From assembly GCA_965229675.1 (NCBI GenBank), contig OZ245897.1, positions 9,164 to 73,163 of the forward strand: a stretch of DNA of 64,000 nt. Direction: 5' to 3'. The first letter of the stretch is position 1; each line of letters starts with the position of its first letter. The stretch comes from Alphaproteobacteria bacterium. GTDB taxonomy: Bacteria > Pseudomonadota > Alphaproteobacteria > CBDDJK01. The position numbers and the translations under genes were made by a program. Shown here one piece after another: positions 8,961 to 19,822 of this stretch. The notes beneath the pieces are model-generated. The model was not told the DNA's origin. It saw nothing but the letters and a program-made list of their open reading frames with translations, and did not search any database.

Positions 8961-10149
8961 GATAATCATCCAGCATCGTACGAAAACGATGGAATAGATA
9001 AGCAGATTCTTGTGGCCCTGGGGAGGCTTCAGGATGATATTGCACTGAAAATAGTGGCTGATCTGTGCGTTCCATCCCAGCAGCCGTTCCATCAAAAAGG
9101 GAAAAATGGGTTAACCTAACATTTGCTGGAATTGATTGATCATCAATAACAAATCCGTGATTTTGACTGGTGATCTCTATTTTCTGTGTGGTCAAATCAT
9201 GGATGGGATGGTTCGCGCCATGATGTCCTAATTTCATTTTATGCGTCTTAATGCCTGAGGCCATTGCCAATAATTGATGGCCAAAACAGATGCCAAAAAT
9301 GGGGAGTTTGGTATCAATCAGGGCTTCAATGATTGGTAAAACCTTGGGCGCAGTCGCCGCAGGGTCGCCTGGCCCATTTGATAAGAAAAGCCCATCGGGA
9401 TTAAGGGCAAGTATAGATTCAACTGGAAAATTATAAGGCACAACGGTTACCTTACAGCCAATATTAACCAAATTGCGTAAAATATTTTTCTTAATCCCAT
9501 AATCAATCGCCACAATGTGATAGGAAGAATTTTGCGTAAGCTGGCCAAAACCGCCTTGTTCTTGCCATAGGCCTTCTTCCCATGAATAAGGCGCAGTGCA
9601 AGAAACTTGACTGGCAAGATCCATCCCTTCTAAGCCCGACCATTCCCGTGCTTGATGGTAAAGTGAAACCGCATCCAGCCGATTAACGCCGCGCTGAAAC
9701 GCCAATGCACCTTTAAGCGCACCATGTTCGCGCAAATGCATGGTTAATAATCTTGTATCGACACCGCAAAGGGCGGTTAGCCCGTGCTGATTCAACCAAT
9801 CCTCTAATGGGGTTTTGTTGCGATAATTAGCGGGTTTGGTCATTGATGCGCCACTGATCATACCAAGGCAATGCGGGCGATTGCTTTCCATATCTTCATC
9901 ATTGGTGCCAACATTGCCAATATGGGGAAAAGTAAAGGTGATCAACTGCCCCGCATAGGAAGGATCGGATAGAATTTCTTGATACCCAGTCATGGCGGTA
10001 TTAAACACAACCTCCCCAACTTGCGTTTGTTCAGAACCAGCCCCTTCACCCCAAAACCAAGTGCCGTCTTCCAGCACCAGCAAAGCATCTGCGCCTTGGG
10101 GTTGTTCAAGTCCTGCCAAAGTTTCTTCAATTTTTATCGCTTTTGTCAT
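8944..10149 (-). CDS. carA: Carbamoyl-phosphate synthase small (glutaminase) subunit
   Basis: 401 aa. It aligns with E. coli CarA along its whole length (VVFNTAMTGYQEILSDPSY, GICFGHQLLA, QYHPEASPGP). Confidence 0.93.
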   Translation of the reverse strand: MTKAIKIEETLAGLEQPQGADALLVLEDGTWFWGEGAGSEQTQVGEVVFNTAMTGYQEILSDPSYAGQLITFTFPHIGNVGTNDEDMESNRPHCLGMISGASMTKPANYRNKTPLEDWLNQHGLTALCGVDTRLLTMHLREHGALKGALAFQRGVNRLDAVSLYHQAREWSGLEGMDLASQVSCTAPYSWEEGLWQEQGGFGQLTQNSSYHIVAIDYGIKKNILRNLVNIGCKVTVVPYNFPVESILALNPDGLFLSNGPGDPAATAPKVLPIIEALIDTKLPIFGICFGHQLLAMASGIKTHKMKLGHHGANHPIHDLTTQKIEITSQNHGFVIDDQSIPANVRLTHFSLFDGTAAGMERTDQPLFSVQYHPEASPGPQESAYLFHRFRTMLDDYHAKAA

Positions 10150-10158
10150 ATTTTTTTC

Positions 10159-10851
10159 TTATGCAGCTAGAAATTCAAATAATCGCTGTCCATCATTGGG
10201 CTTATCTTGATTAAAACAGGCATTTTCAGGATGCGGCATCATCCCTAATATCCGCCCATTTTTGGAAATTACACCTGCAATATGATGCGCTGAACCATTT
10301 GGATTAAACTGATCTGCGATGGTGCCATCTTGACCACAATAACGCAGGGCAATTTGCCCTTGCCCTTCTAGCCGCCGCACCCCATCTGCGTCAATCTGAT
10401 AATTGCCATCATGATTAGCAATCGGGAAAGAAACCACCTCATTTTGTTGATAATGGCTTAAAAATGGTGTCTTATTACGATCTCCGCCAAGGCAAATTTG
10501 CACATATTGATCTTTACACATAAATTTCATCGTTTGATTACGCAGTAAGGCCCCTGGAAGCAATTCCATCTCCAGCAAAATTTGAAAGCCATTGCAAATA
10601 CCAAGAATGGGGACATCGCGCAGTGCCTGTTTGCGCACAGCTTGCATGATTGGTGAATGGGCGGCGATTGCCCCGCATCGTAAATAATCACCATAGGAAA
10701 ATCCACCTGGTAGGATAATCCCATCCACTTTACCAATTTCGGTGTCTTGATGCCATAAAAGCTGGGGGAAGTGACCCGTTGCGCGCTCTATTGCAAAACA
10801 AAGGTCACGTTCGCGATTCGTACCAGGAAAAACAATGACCGCAAGTTTCAT
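10159..10851 (-). CDS. purQ: Phosphoribosylformylglycinamidine synthase I (glutaminase subunit)
   Basis: 230 aa with MKLAVIVFPGTNRERD and GICNGFQ motifs. Confidence 0.9.
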   Translation of the reverse strand: MKLAVIVFPGTNRERDLCFAIERATGHFPQLLWHQDTEIGKVDGIILPGGFSYGDYLRCGAIAAHSPIMQAVRKQALRDVPILGICNGFQILLEMELLPGALLRNQTMKFMCKDQYVQICLGGDRNKTPFLSHYQQNEVVSFPIANHDGNYQIDADGVRRLEGQGQIALRYCGQDGTIADQFNPNGSAHHIAGVISKNGRILGMMPHPENACFNQDKPNDGQRLFEFLAA

Positions 10852-10857
10852 CGGCGT

Positions 10858-11106
10858 TTAGTCTGGCTTAATCGCGTTAATATGATAATGTTCAATTACT
10901 TGATTAACCAATAATTTATCGCAAAGGGATTCAACGATTTTTTGCGCTTCGTCATGATCGTTGGTATCGACCTTAATTATAATTTCCTTGCCAATTTTAA
11001 TATCCGTTACTTGTGAAAATCCCAAGGCATGACTAGCTTGGCAGGTTGCCTTACCTTGTGGATCCAAAATCCCATCATGAAGATGAATACTTACACTTGC
11101 TTGCAT
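10858..11106 (-). CDS. purS: Phosphoribosylformylglycinamidine synthase subunit PurS
   Basis: 82 aa, lying immediately upstream of purQ. This size and position are typical of PurS. Confidence 0.85.
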   Translation of the reverse strand: MQASVSIHLHDGILDPQGKATCQASHALGFSQVTDIKIGKEIIIKVDTNDHDEAQKIVESLCDKLLVNQVIEHYHINAIKPD

Positions 11107-11133
11107 AAATTTACCCTTAAATAAAAAACAATC

Positions 11134-12999
11134 TTAATTCTGATTCGCGGATTCAAGAAAAGATAAATCACGAACCGCCCCACGATCAGCTGAGGTTGTA
11201 AAAGCGGCATAGGCTTTTAAGGCTTGCGTTACCCTACGGCGGCGTGGTTTTTCGGGTTTCCATGCATTATTGCCTTTTGCCTCCATCGCTTTACGCCGTG
11301 CCGCAAGAACAGAATCAGCAACCGATAGCATGATAGAACGCTTTGGAATATCAATTACAATTTCATCGCCATCTTCAATCAGCGCAATCGCGCCACCTTC
11401 AGCCGCTTCGGGGGATACATGCCCGATTGATAGACCAGAAGTCCCGCCTGAGAACCGCCCATCTGTAACCAGCGCACAAACCTTACCAAGCCCCATAGTT
11501 TTAAGATAGCTGGTAGGATAAAGCATTTCTTGCATACCAGGGCCGCCACGTGGCCCTTCATAACGGATAAGGACAATATCCCCTTCTTTAATCTGTTCCC
11601 CCAAAATAGCGGCAACGGCGGCATCTTGGCTTTCAAAAATTCGTGCAATCCCTGTAAAATTCAAAATTGATTCATCAACCCCTGCGGTTTTAACGATACA
11701 CCCTTTTTCAGCGATATTGCCATATAGCACCGCAAGCCCGCCATCTTGGCTATAGGCATGCTCACCATTACGGATACAACCCTTTTCACGGTCTTCATCA
11801 AGATCAGGCCAATAGCGATTTTGACTGAATGCCTTGGTTGTTCGCACGCCACCAGGGGCAGCAAGAAAAAGCTGTTTAACCGTTTCATCAGGATTGCGCT
11901 TAATATCATATTGATCAATCGCATCGCCAATTGTTTCAGCATGCACGGTGCGGCAAGAACGCTCAATCAACCCAATACGATCCAATTCACCAATAATGCC
12001 CATGATCCCGCCTGCGCGATGAACATCCTCGATATGATAATTTTGGGTCGCAGGCGCAACTTTGCAGATATTGGGGACTTTACGCGATAATTCATCGATA
12101 TCACGCATGGTGAAATCAATGTCCCCTTCCAAGGCGGCCGCAAGAATATGCAAGACTGTATTAGTTGACCCGCCCATTGCAATATCCAAACTCATGGCAT
12201 TCATAAAGGCGGCTTTATTTGCTACGGAACGCGGCAAAACGCCTTCATCTTCTTGGATATAATATTTTTTGCATAATTCAACCACGCGTTGCCCTGCCTT
12301 GCGGAATAGTTTTTCGCGCAACTGGTGGGTTGCTAAAACCGTCCCATTCCCTGGTAGTGATAGTCCCAAGGCCTCCGTCAAACAATTCATTGAATTTGCG
12401 GTAAACATGCCTGAACAAGACCCACAAGTCGGGCAAGCATTTTGCTCATAAGTGGCCGCAAGATTATCTGAAACATTAGGATTCGCGCCTTGAACCATCG
12501 CATCAACCAAATCAATCGATTGTTCAACGCCATCAATGACGACTTTACCCGCCTCCATCGGACCGCCCGAAACAAATACCGCAGGAATATTCAAGCGCAT
12601 CGCCGCCATCAGCATACCAGGGGTAATTTTATCGCAATTGGAAATACAAACCAGCGCATCCGCACAATGCGCATTGACCATATATTCAACCGAATCGGCA
12701 ATAATTTCGCGGGAAGGCAAGGAATACAACATTCCATCATGCCCCATCGCAATCCCATCATCAACCGCGATTGTATTAAATTCACGACCAACACCACCTG
12801 CCGCCGCAATTTCTTCAGCAACCAATGCGCCCATATCCTTTAAATGCACATGACCAGGGACAAATTGCGTGAAGCTGTTGGCAATCGCAATGATTGGCTT
12901 GCCAAAATCGTCATCCGTCATGCCTGTTGCGCGCCATAAGCCACGCGCACCTGACATATTACGCCCGTGGGTTGAAGTCTTTGAACGATAATCTGGCAT
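11134..12999 (-). CDS. ilvD: Dihydroxy-acid dehydratase
   Basis: 621 aa with classic IlvD N-terminal and [12 protein letters not shown] motifs. Confidence 0.93.
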   Translation of the reverse strand: MPDYRSKTSTHGRNMSGARGLWRATGMTDDDFGKPIIAIANSFTQFVPGHVHLKDMGALVAEEIAAAGGVGREFNTIAVDDGIAMGHDGMLYSLPSREIIADSVEYMVNAHCADALVCISNCDKITPGMLMAAMRLNIPAVFVSGGPMEAGKVVIDGVEQSIDLVDAMVQGANPNVSDNLAATYEQNACPTCGSCSGMFTANSMNCLTEALGLSLPGNGTVLATHQLREKLFRKAGQRVVELCKKYYIQEDEGVLPRSVANKAAFMNAMSLDIAMGGSTNTVLHILAAALEGDIDFTMRDIDELSRKVPNICKVAPATQNYHIEDVHRAGGIMGIIGELDRIGLIERSCRTVHAETIGDAIDQYDIKRNPDETVKQLFLAAPGGVRTTKAFSQNRYWPDLDEDREKGCIRNGEHAYSQDGGLAVLYGNIAEKGCIVKTAGVDESILNFTGIARIFESQDAAVAAILGEQIKEGDIVLIRYEGPRGGPGMQEMLYPTSYLKTMGLGKVCALVTDGRFSGGTSGLSIGHVSPEAAEGGAIALIEDGDEIVIDIPKRSIMLSVADSVLAARRKAMEAKGNNAWKPEKPRRRRVTQALKAYAAFTTSADRGAVRDLSFLESANQN

Positions 13000-13081
13000 G
13001 GTTTAATCTTCCCCTTAATAAACGCTTTCAAAGGATATACTTAGCCAAGGATAAGACTTTTTCAAGTGAAAAAGGTAAGCA

Positions 13082-13576
13082 TTAAGAGGATTTAGAAAAT
13101 TGATTGATCTGGTCAACCGCATTAGCCACCAGCTTCTGATCCCCTGTTTTTTGTAATTTCTGTTCCAGTGCAATGGTTGCAAGCCTGACGGCACGATCTG
13201 CCATTTCTTGGCGTACAGTTTGGGTTGCACTACGCTCCAGCTGGTCAATTCTGTCTGCAAGCTGTTGTTCACGCCGCTCCGTCAACAGCTTATGGCGTTT
13301 GGTGGCAGAGGCTTTTAATAGCTTAACATCTGCCTTTGCTTGATCGATAATTTCTTTTGCCTGTGTGCTACTATTTTGTTTGCGCTGTTTTGCTTTGGAA
13401 AGGGCTTCATTTGCCTCGTTCCTAAGCTGTTCGGCGGTTTCAAGCTCGTTACGGATGGTTGCAATTTTTTCATCAAGAGAGCCTGCAATCGCACTGCGGC
13501 CTTTAAACCAAACTAGGGCAAAAAACAGGATAAAGGCAACCGCAACCCAAAATGTTGTATTTTGTAATAGTTCCAT
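13082..13576 (-). CDS. atpF: F0F1 ATP synthase subunit b
   Basis: 164 aa with an N-terminal transmembrane helix and a long helix. It is the last gene of the F0 operon. Confidence 0.85.
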   Translation of the reverse strand: MELLQNTTFWVAVAFILFFALVWFKGRSAIAGSLDEKIATIRNELETAEQLRNEANEALSKAKQRKQNSSTQAKEIIDQAKADVKLLKASATKRHKLLTERREQQLADRIDQLERSATQTVRQEMADRAVRLATIALEQKLQKTGDQKLVANAVDQINQFSKSS

Positions 13577-13597
13577 GGTTTAATCCCAGCCTTTGCC

Positions 13598-14131
13598 TTA
13601 ATTGATCAACGCTTTTTCAGCTTGTTTTAATTCAGCACTGGTCGGCTTTTTGCCTAAAATCTGTTGCACCATATCGCTTGCCAATTGTGAAGAAAATTCA
13701 GCAACCTCACCCTTTGCACCACCTGCTTTAGCGGCGGCATCCAAATTTGTTAATTCGCCGATGGCTTGGTCAAGATTGGCATTGATCTCCGCTTCCGCTT
13801 CACCCAATTTTTGATCCAGTTTTTCTTCCAAGGCGTTGGACTTGGCGGCTAAATCCTCAGCTATTTTTTGTTCAGCTTTCAAGATTAAATCGCGTGCTTC
13901 GCCATTTGCTTTATCAAGTTCTGCATTCGCAGTTGCAAGCAAGGCCTCAGCTTCTTTGTGGGCGCGGCGGGCATCTTCCATATTGGATTGAATCTTACCC
14001 GTTCTTGCATCAAGAATTGCGGCAATTCGTGGTAAAACCAGTTTTGCCATCAGCCCATAAAGGAGCGTGAAAAAGACAATTAACCAAAAGATTTGCCCAG
14101 CAAAACTTTCAATTTGATCAAATTGAGGCAT
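13598..14131 (-). CDS. atpF2: F0F1 ATP synthase subunit b'
   Basis: 177 aa. It is a second b-type subunit, as in the alphaproteobacterial F0 operon. Confidence 0.85.
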   Translation of the reverse strand: MPQFDQIESFAGQIFWLIVFFTLLYGLMAKLVLPRIAAILDARTGKIQSNMEDARRAHKEAEALLATANAELDKANGEARDLILKAEQKIAEDLAAKSNALEEKLDQKLGEAEAEINANLDQAIGELTNLDAAAKAGGAKGEVAEFSSQLASDMVQQILGKKPTSAELKQAEKALIN

Positions 14132-14194
14132 GGTCTCTACACCAAATAAGGTTAGCCAAAAGGGGAGCCACCAAGCCCCCCTTTAAAAGGTTAT

Positions 14195-14419
14195 TTAGCC
14201 AAATAGCGCAATCAAAGCAACGATCAGCGCGAAGAGGGCAATCGCCTCCGTCACCGCGAAGCCGATCCAGATATTTGCACCAATTTCAGCTTTGGAGGCA
14301 GGATTGCGTGACAAAGCCGTGATATAGCTTGCCCACACATTTCCAACACCGATCCCAGCACCGATCATGCCAATCGCGGCAAGCCCCGCACCGATAAATT
14401 TTGCAGCTTCCATTTCCAT
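14195..14419 (-). CDS. atpE: F0F1 ATP synthase subunit c
   Basis: 74 aa hairpin proteolipid with G-rich transmembrane helices. Confidence 0.92.
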   Translation of the reverse strand: MEMEAAKFIGAGLAAIGMIGAGIGVGNVWASYITALSRNPASKAEIGANIWIGFAVTEAIALFALIVALIALFG

Positions 14420-14523
14420 TTTCTTAATCCTTAAACAATAGGTTAAAGTTAGTTAAAAATTATTGCGTTCATTTGTTGCATTGGGTTTTGCCAAATTATC
14501 TAATTAAACGCAAGCGAAAAACA

Positions 14524-15252
14524 TTAATGCAGATGAATCGCATCATGCAGATAAATACAGGTTAAAATCGCAAAGACATAGGCTTGAATGACCGCAACCA
14601 TAAATTCAAGCGCAGTGATGGCAACCAGCCCTGCAAGCGGTAAAATTCCACCAACGCCAAGCGCGATCACAAAGCCAGCCATGACTTTTAACAACACATG
14701 CCCAACCGTCATATTAGCAAATAAGCGAACAGATAAGCTAACGGGTCTTGATAGATAGGACACAAGCTCAATCGGGATTAGGATAACAGCCGTCCATAAT
14801 GGCGCACCATGTGGAAAAAACAGGCTAAAGAATTTGCCACCATGCTTAACCAAGCCGATAATGGTCACCGCAACAAAGATAAAGGCGGCCATCGTAAAGG
14901 TAACGATTAAATGGCTGGTGAAGGTGAAAGCACCCGGAACCAAGCCTAATAAATTTCCGAATAAAACAAAGGTGAATAGGCTGAATACAAAGGGAAAATA
15001 GGGCAATCCTTCCCGCCCAACATTGGTGACCACCATATCCCAGATGGCACGATATAGGCTTTCAACAATATATTGACCACGGCTTGGAACCAACGCCCTT
15101 GTGCGCACCGCAATCAGCATTAAGGCAACGCTAACCACCACACTAATCGCCATCCATAGCGCAGAGTTGGTAAAGGTTAAATCTAATCCCGCAATTTCAA
15201 ACGGTTCGGCAATCGCACGGATTTTAAATTGTTCAATCGGGTTTGCTACCAT
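14524..15252 (-). CDS. atpB: F0F1 ATP synthase subunit a
   Basis: 242 aa polytopic protein with the conserved R-containing transmembrane helix (LSVRLFANM). Confidence 0.92.
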   Translation of the reverse strand: MVANPIEQFKIRAIAEPFEIAGLDLTFTNSALWMAISVVVSVALMLIAVRTRALVPSRGQYIVESLYRAIWDMVVTNVGREGLPYFPFVFSLFTFVLFGNLLGLVPGAFTFTSHLIVTFTMAAFIFVAVTIIGLVKHGGKFFSLFFPHGAPLWTAVILIPIELVSYLSRPVSLSVRLFANMTVGHVLLKVMAGFVIALGVGGILPLAGLVAITALEFMVAVIQAYVFAILTCIYLHDAIHLH

Positions 15253-15387
15253 GGCTTCCAGCCTTTTTAAGAATGTTTTTTAATAATTGTTTATGGCAAT
15301 AATCAAAAAACACCGATAACACAAGCCAATTTTATAAAAATCCACCTCGGCGTTTTGTCGCATTCTTTTGATAAATTGAACAAGGCC

Positions 15388-15420
15388 ACAAAAAAAATGC
15401 GCCCTTAAAAAAGGGCGCAT
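15388..15420 (-). terminator. Rho-independent terminator immediately after the large acidic protein gene
   Basis: ATGCGCCCTT-AAAAAA-AGGGCGCAT hairpin followed on the minus strand by T7. Confidence 0.75.
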
Positions 15421-15440
15421 TATAAGGAGGAGGAAAAAAA

Positions 15441-18400
15441 TTACTGATCTGTTAAGTAAAGCGAAATTACATCACCATCAACCTGTGTAGAAGTATAGAC
15501 TGAATAATTACCAGATGTACCTGCACTTGACCAACCGTTACCGCTACCAGTAAGTGTGCTTGCAAAAGTAGCTAATTCCGCTTGCGATACTTTTACGATT
15601 AAAGCATTATCCACGCCCAAAACTTCATTAGTGTCTTCAACCATTGCATCAACCAAATTTGCAGTTAATGTATTCGCGATGTTAAGACTATTGGAATTAC
15701 TACCAAGCACCAAAGTTTCAATATTATTAATTTCATAATCATTAATAATACCAGTAGCCGTATTAAGGTCTTCACTAAAGTTCACATCTTTTTGAAGGAC
15801 AAAAGTATCATTTCCACCTTTGCCACCATCAAAATAGGCAAGCTCACCGCTTGTTAAAGTGAAGGTGTCATCGTTGTTATCACTACCGATAAACACGGCT
15901 TCCCTGCTAGTATCATCATGCGTTACGTCTGTTACACTACCAGTTGCATCACCATAAACATGATAATCGATGCCATTGCTTGAAGAATGATCGCCGTAGC
16001 TAAGCGCAAAAACTTGTACACCAGTATTTGCATTAGCGTAATGGGGAATAAGAACATCGTAACCTTGACTATTGCCGTCTAGACCACTCACCGAATTGCC
16101 ATTAGCATCCTCATATTCAAATATAATTTCATCAAATGTGTTAGTTCCGTGATAATCCATTACAAACATATAATCGTCATACCCAGAACCACCTTTAGTA
16201 AAAGTCATGTCGCTATTGACCTTAATAACCAAAGAACCATCCATCTCAAGCGATAGGTTGGCGTCGTTATCGTCAAAAACCTGATCATGATCAAGCGAGT
16301 CGCTTCCCCCCCTTAAGTCAAGGGTAATGGTTGAATTGTCTTTGGCTTCAAACCCATCTGTTATATTTAGTTTAGTTGAACCATCGGAGGTAATCGTCAA
16401 ATCACCATCAAGTTTAAAATTATTAACTTCAACTTGACCAAACATTGTTGCATTCGCAAGGCTTAAAGATGAACCTACTGCCGTGTAAGTAATCTTATCA
16501 CCACTTACCGTAAACGAACCATTGGAAGTGCCAGCTATATCCGACAAATCACCATCCATTGTTAAGGAATTTGAAGTACTGCCATCATAACCGCTGGTGA
16601 TGGTGGTGGATTCAAAATCTGTAAATAGTTCACTATTAATATCATCATTTGATCCTACCCCAATCGTCAATGATTCGCTGTTTGATGGCGTCGATGTTCC
16701 GCTGTTTGATGTAAATTCTGTTGCAATTAGATTCAAACTATCATTGCCTTGACCGCCATTAATCCAACCATTAGCATTAGGTTTTTCAAAATAATCACCT
16801 ATTTGTGACGGCAAATTAAGTTCCAGTACATCATCGCCCGCCCCAAGCTCGATGCTTTGAATAGTAGCTGTGCTAGCAACGGTTACAGTATCATTCCCAG
16901 CATTCGTTACAACCTTCGTCCCATAAATTGTGCTGCTATTAGCATCATAATAACCTGAAGTGACGGTAACCTGATCATCCCCATCATTTGTTGCGATGAT
17001 ATCTTGTCCGCCATTGCTATAAACAACATCATCGCCGCTACCTGTTTTAAGGTCATCATTGGCGTTTGGATCATCATAAGCATAAATATCTTGGGTTTCA
17101 GAACTATAATCATATTCCTGCCCATCAACATGAATTGAATCAGTCGAGGAGGTTACACCTGTCATATAGACTTGTTCTTCATCCCCGTCCCCATCTTCAT
17201 CAAAAGTTACGGTGGTGGTATCGGTTGTCCCCAATTGAATCACTTCATAATTGGTTGAGGTGATTGGATCATCAGTTGCAACTGTATAATTGTTTCCGGT
17301 ACCAATATCCTCTCCGCCACTTCCAGTACCATTGAGATCATCTTCCTCTTCACCATTGTCATCAGTGTCAGTGAAGGTGACGGGTTCAACAGGTTCAAGC
17401 ACTTCAATGCCTGTCTCAAGATCAATCGGCTCATCTAAGTTAACAGGTTCTTCCGTTATTGTTTCATCAACAGGCGTTTCTGCGTTAACTTCTTGGGTTT
17501 GACCTTCTGTTTCTTCAACCGCTTCTTCTGGTTCTTCAACGCCATCTTCTTCGGCAATTTCGGCACTGGCACTTTCAACCAGTTCAACCATGCCTAAGGA
17601 AGCAACTTCTTCCCCATTTTCAGCCGCACTTTCAATTACAGCCTCTTCAATCAATTCAACTTCTTCTTTATTTAGCGTGGAGAATTGCCGCGCATTCCGC
17701 GATATGACCTCAGAAGCACTGGAAATTGAAGTTTGGGTGGAAAATTGTCCATTGCCAATCAATGTCCCGCCAAGCGTTGCGAACGCATCGGATAAAACAA
17801 AAGGTTCTGGATTGCCAGGGACTTCAACCGCAATCGCCCCATCAATGACGGAGAAATTAAACCCTGATTCAGGGGAGACTTCCCCCGCAACAACAGTCCC
17901 ACGAATACCGATGGTGGCAACTGGGGTCACAACAACCATATCATCGGGATCGGTTTTTGCGATTTTACCCGATACGAATAAAAAGCTTCCTTTAAGGATG
18001 GAAAGCGCAGTTTCCCCCGTTTCGCTATTGGGATCAAAGACCATTTGGTCAATCGCCAATTTTGCATTTTCACCCAAAGAAAACAGCGTATCATCAATAA
18101 ATTTAAGCTTGAGCGAGCCTTTATCACCCGTTTCAATAATATCATTTTGATAGACGGGATCCCCCGCTTGCAGTTGCACACGCTCCCCATTAATGCGAAT
18201 GGCGAACACTTCACCTGCAACGGTTTCAACCCTACCTGCAATAGGGGTTATTGCATCATTTAAGCTGATTGTTCCTGATTCATCCGTAGCATCCGCCAAA
18301 TTTGGTGATTTGACCAAGAATGAATCAACCAAGCCAGAAGGCAAACGACTTTCAATTCCCGCCTCGTTAGTGAACACCAGATCAGGGGTTGGATCTGCGT

Positions 18401-18572
18401 TAAAGTAATTTTCAACAATTTGACTTTGACCATTTGGAAGCGTCAAAACAAGATCATCGCCCTCGCGGCTAAATTCTGCGTCGGTGACCCATTCTGCGGA
18501 GGGGAGATTAACCACCCCATCCTCGATGGAAATTTGTTGATCTAAAAGATGATTTGTTGATTGCTGTGCCAT
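15441..18572 (-). CDS. Large acidic surface/secreted protein with an N-terminal FecR-like domain, a D/E-rich spacer and RTX-like Ca-binding repeats
   Basis: 1043 aa. A FecR-like segment reads GSLKLKFIDDTLFSLGENAKLAIDQ...IGIRGTVV. The central region is extremely acidic (EEDGVEEPEEAVEETEGQ). Many GxGxDxxx/GGQD-type repeats and a D/T/S/N-rich C-terminal half follow. Confidence 0.8.
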   Translation of the reverse strand: MAQQSTNHLLDQQISIEDGVVNLPSAEWVTDAEFSREGDDLVLTLPNGQSQIVENYFNADPTPDLVFTNEAGIESRLPSGLVDSFLVKSPNLADATDESGTISLNDAITPIAGRVETVAGEVFAIRINGERVQLQAGDPVYQNDIIETGDKGSLKLKFIDDTLFSLGENAKLAIDQMVFDPNSETGETALSILKGSFLFVSGKIAKTDPDDMVVVTPVATIGIRGTVVAGEVSPESGFNFSVIDGAIAVEVPGNPEPFVLSDAFATLGGTLIGNGQFSTQTSISSASEVISRNARQFSTLNKEEVELIEEAVIESAAENGEEVASLGMVELVESASAEIAEEDGVEEPEEAVEETEGQTQEVNAETPVDETITEEPVNLDEPIDLETGIEVLEPVEPVTFTDTDDNGEEEDDLNGTGSGGEDIGTGNNYTVATDDPITSTNYEVIQLGTTDTTTVTFDEDGDGDEEQVYMTGVTSSTDSIHVDGQEYDYSSETQDIYAYDDPNANDDLKTGSGDDVVYSNGGQDIIATNDGDDQVTVTSGYYDANSSTIYGTKVVTNAGNDTVTVASTATIQSIELGAGDDVLELNLPSQIGDYFEKPNANGWINGGQGNDSLNLIATEFTSNSGTSTPSNSESLTIGVGSNDDINSELFTDFESTTITSGYDGSTSNSLTMDGDLSDIAGTSNGSFTVSGDKITYTAVGSSLSLANATMFGQVEVNNFKLDGDLTITSDGSTKLNITDGFEAKDNSTITLDLRGGSDSLDHDQVFDDNDANLSLEMDGSLVIKVNSDMTFTKGGSGYDDYMFVMDYHGTNTFDEIIFEYEDANGNSVSGLDGNSQGYDVLIPHYANANTGVQVFALSYGDHSSSNGIDYHVYGDATGSVTDVTHDDTSREAVFIGSDNNDDTFTLTSGELAYFDGGKGGNDTFVLQKDVNFSEDLNTATGIINDYEINNIETLVLGSNSNSLNIANTLTANLVDAMVEDTNEVLGVDNALIVKVSQAELATFASTLTGSGNGWSSAGTSGNYSVYTSTQVDGDVISLYLTDQ

Positions 18573-18772
18573 TTTTCATCGTCCCATTTGTTGATTAAAG
18601 TTTATCTGTTCCTACCGTCAAATATAAATTAACATAAAATAAATATTTTTTAAATAAAAAACCTTTAAAATTAATGTTTTTTTTCTTTCTTAATATTTTC
18701 TTTCATGTTTCATAATATCTTTATAGCTTAAGGGTAAAATTGTCGCAGTGATAATCGTCACTGGTTCGCCAT

Positions 18773-19822
18773 TTATAACAAATCATCAGGCTCAAACCCC
18801 CAATCCAGCTCAAATCCTGCCTGATTAAAAAAATGCAATAAGTCAATAAATACCCAATTTTCAGCCAATCGATTGTTATGACGGCGATAAATATCAATCA
18901 CACGAAATTCACTTCTTTGGTTAAAGGCAGGGTAGCCCATAAATCCGCCCTTATGCATGGCTGTAAAATTAGGCCAGCCAAAAAAGCCGCCATAATGGCC
19001 TTCGGCAAGGCGGCAAAGATGGTTGGTTTCGGAACGTTCACAAAAGGCCGCACGAAAAGGCCCTGCATGCTGTTCAATATAACGGGGAATGGTATAGGTT
19101 GCGCCAATCCCTTCTGGCCCCCACCATAGCATATTATCGGCAAAACTTAGTGCAAGTTCTTCTTCAATTGGCAGTGGGTTTTTCCATCCTTGCATATTTG
19201 TAATCATGCCATTGATCAGCTTCAAGGTTTGTTCGCCCGCATGGGCTGGTGCATCTTCAAATAAAAGCCCGTCATGGGTACGCGGCCCTGGTTGCACCAA
19301 GAATTGCCCCGTTTGGTTTTTAGAGATTGTTTGATTTTTAAGGGGTTGATTTTTAAAAATTGGTTGCCCTGCCTGCCGCATAAAATGCGGTAAATCAAAA
19401 TAAAACGCAGTTTCGCAGATTTTATTATTTTCAATATGGTTAAATTCACAATAACGTAAGAAAGCAAGCTTATTGGTGGGCTGAATACCAACAAATGGCG
19501 CATCAAATAACCCCATTAAATGCCCCATCGAAACCACCCAAACCGATTCATAATTATCAATTTGATTAGCACCTGCAAAGAAAATATCTTGGCGGCGTTG
19601 AAGATTAGGCATCGCGGTTAAAAACGGCTTCCAAAAGTGATTTACAACGGCTTCTGCGCCCGTTTGAAGATTAAATGGATGGAAGCCACGCCATAGCCAA
19701 TCTTCGCTGGTATAGCGCGATACTATATCCAACACATTATTCGGGGTTGCGGATTCTAATGCATCATAAAACGCTAAAATCAGGTTTTTTTCTTGGGTAA
19801 AAGATTTGGGATTCATCATCAT
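18773..19822 (-). CDS. Tandem SnoaL-like / NTF2-like domain protein
   Basis: 349 aa. Two repeated halves each resemble ketosteroid-isomerase/SnoaL polyketide-cyclase-like folds. The ATG overlaps the rlmH stop (ATGA). Confidence 0.55.
   Translation of the reverse strand: MMMNPKSFTQEKNLILAFYDALESATPNNVLDIVSRYTSEDWLWRGFHPFNLQTGAEAVVNHFWKPFLTAMPNLQRRQDIFFAGANQIDNYESVWVVSMGHLMGLFDAPFVGIQPTNKLAFLRYCEFNHIENNKICETAFYFDLPHFMRQAGQPIFKNQPLKNQTISKNQTGQFLVQPGPRTHDGLLFEDAPAHAGEQTLKLINGMITNMQGWKNPLPIEEELALSFADNMLWWGPEGIGATYTIPRYIEQHAGPFRAAFCERSETNHLCRLAEGHYGGFFGWPNFTAMHKGGFMGYPAFNQRSEFRVIDIYRRHNNRLAENWVFIDLLHFFNQAGFELDWGFEPDDLL

Noticed and set aside
17590-18150. 186-aa plus-strand ORF, and several other 60-105-aa ORFs on both strands inside the 1043-aa gene
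   Set aside because: They are antisense or out-of-frame artefacts of the low-complexity, stop-poor D/E/T/S-rich coding sequence. They are fully contained within the large gene.
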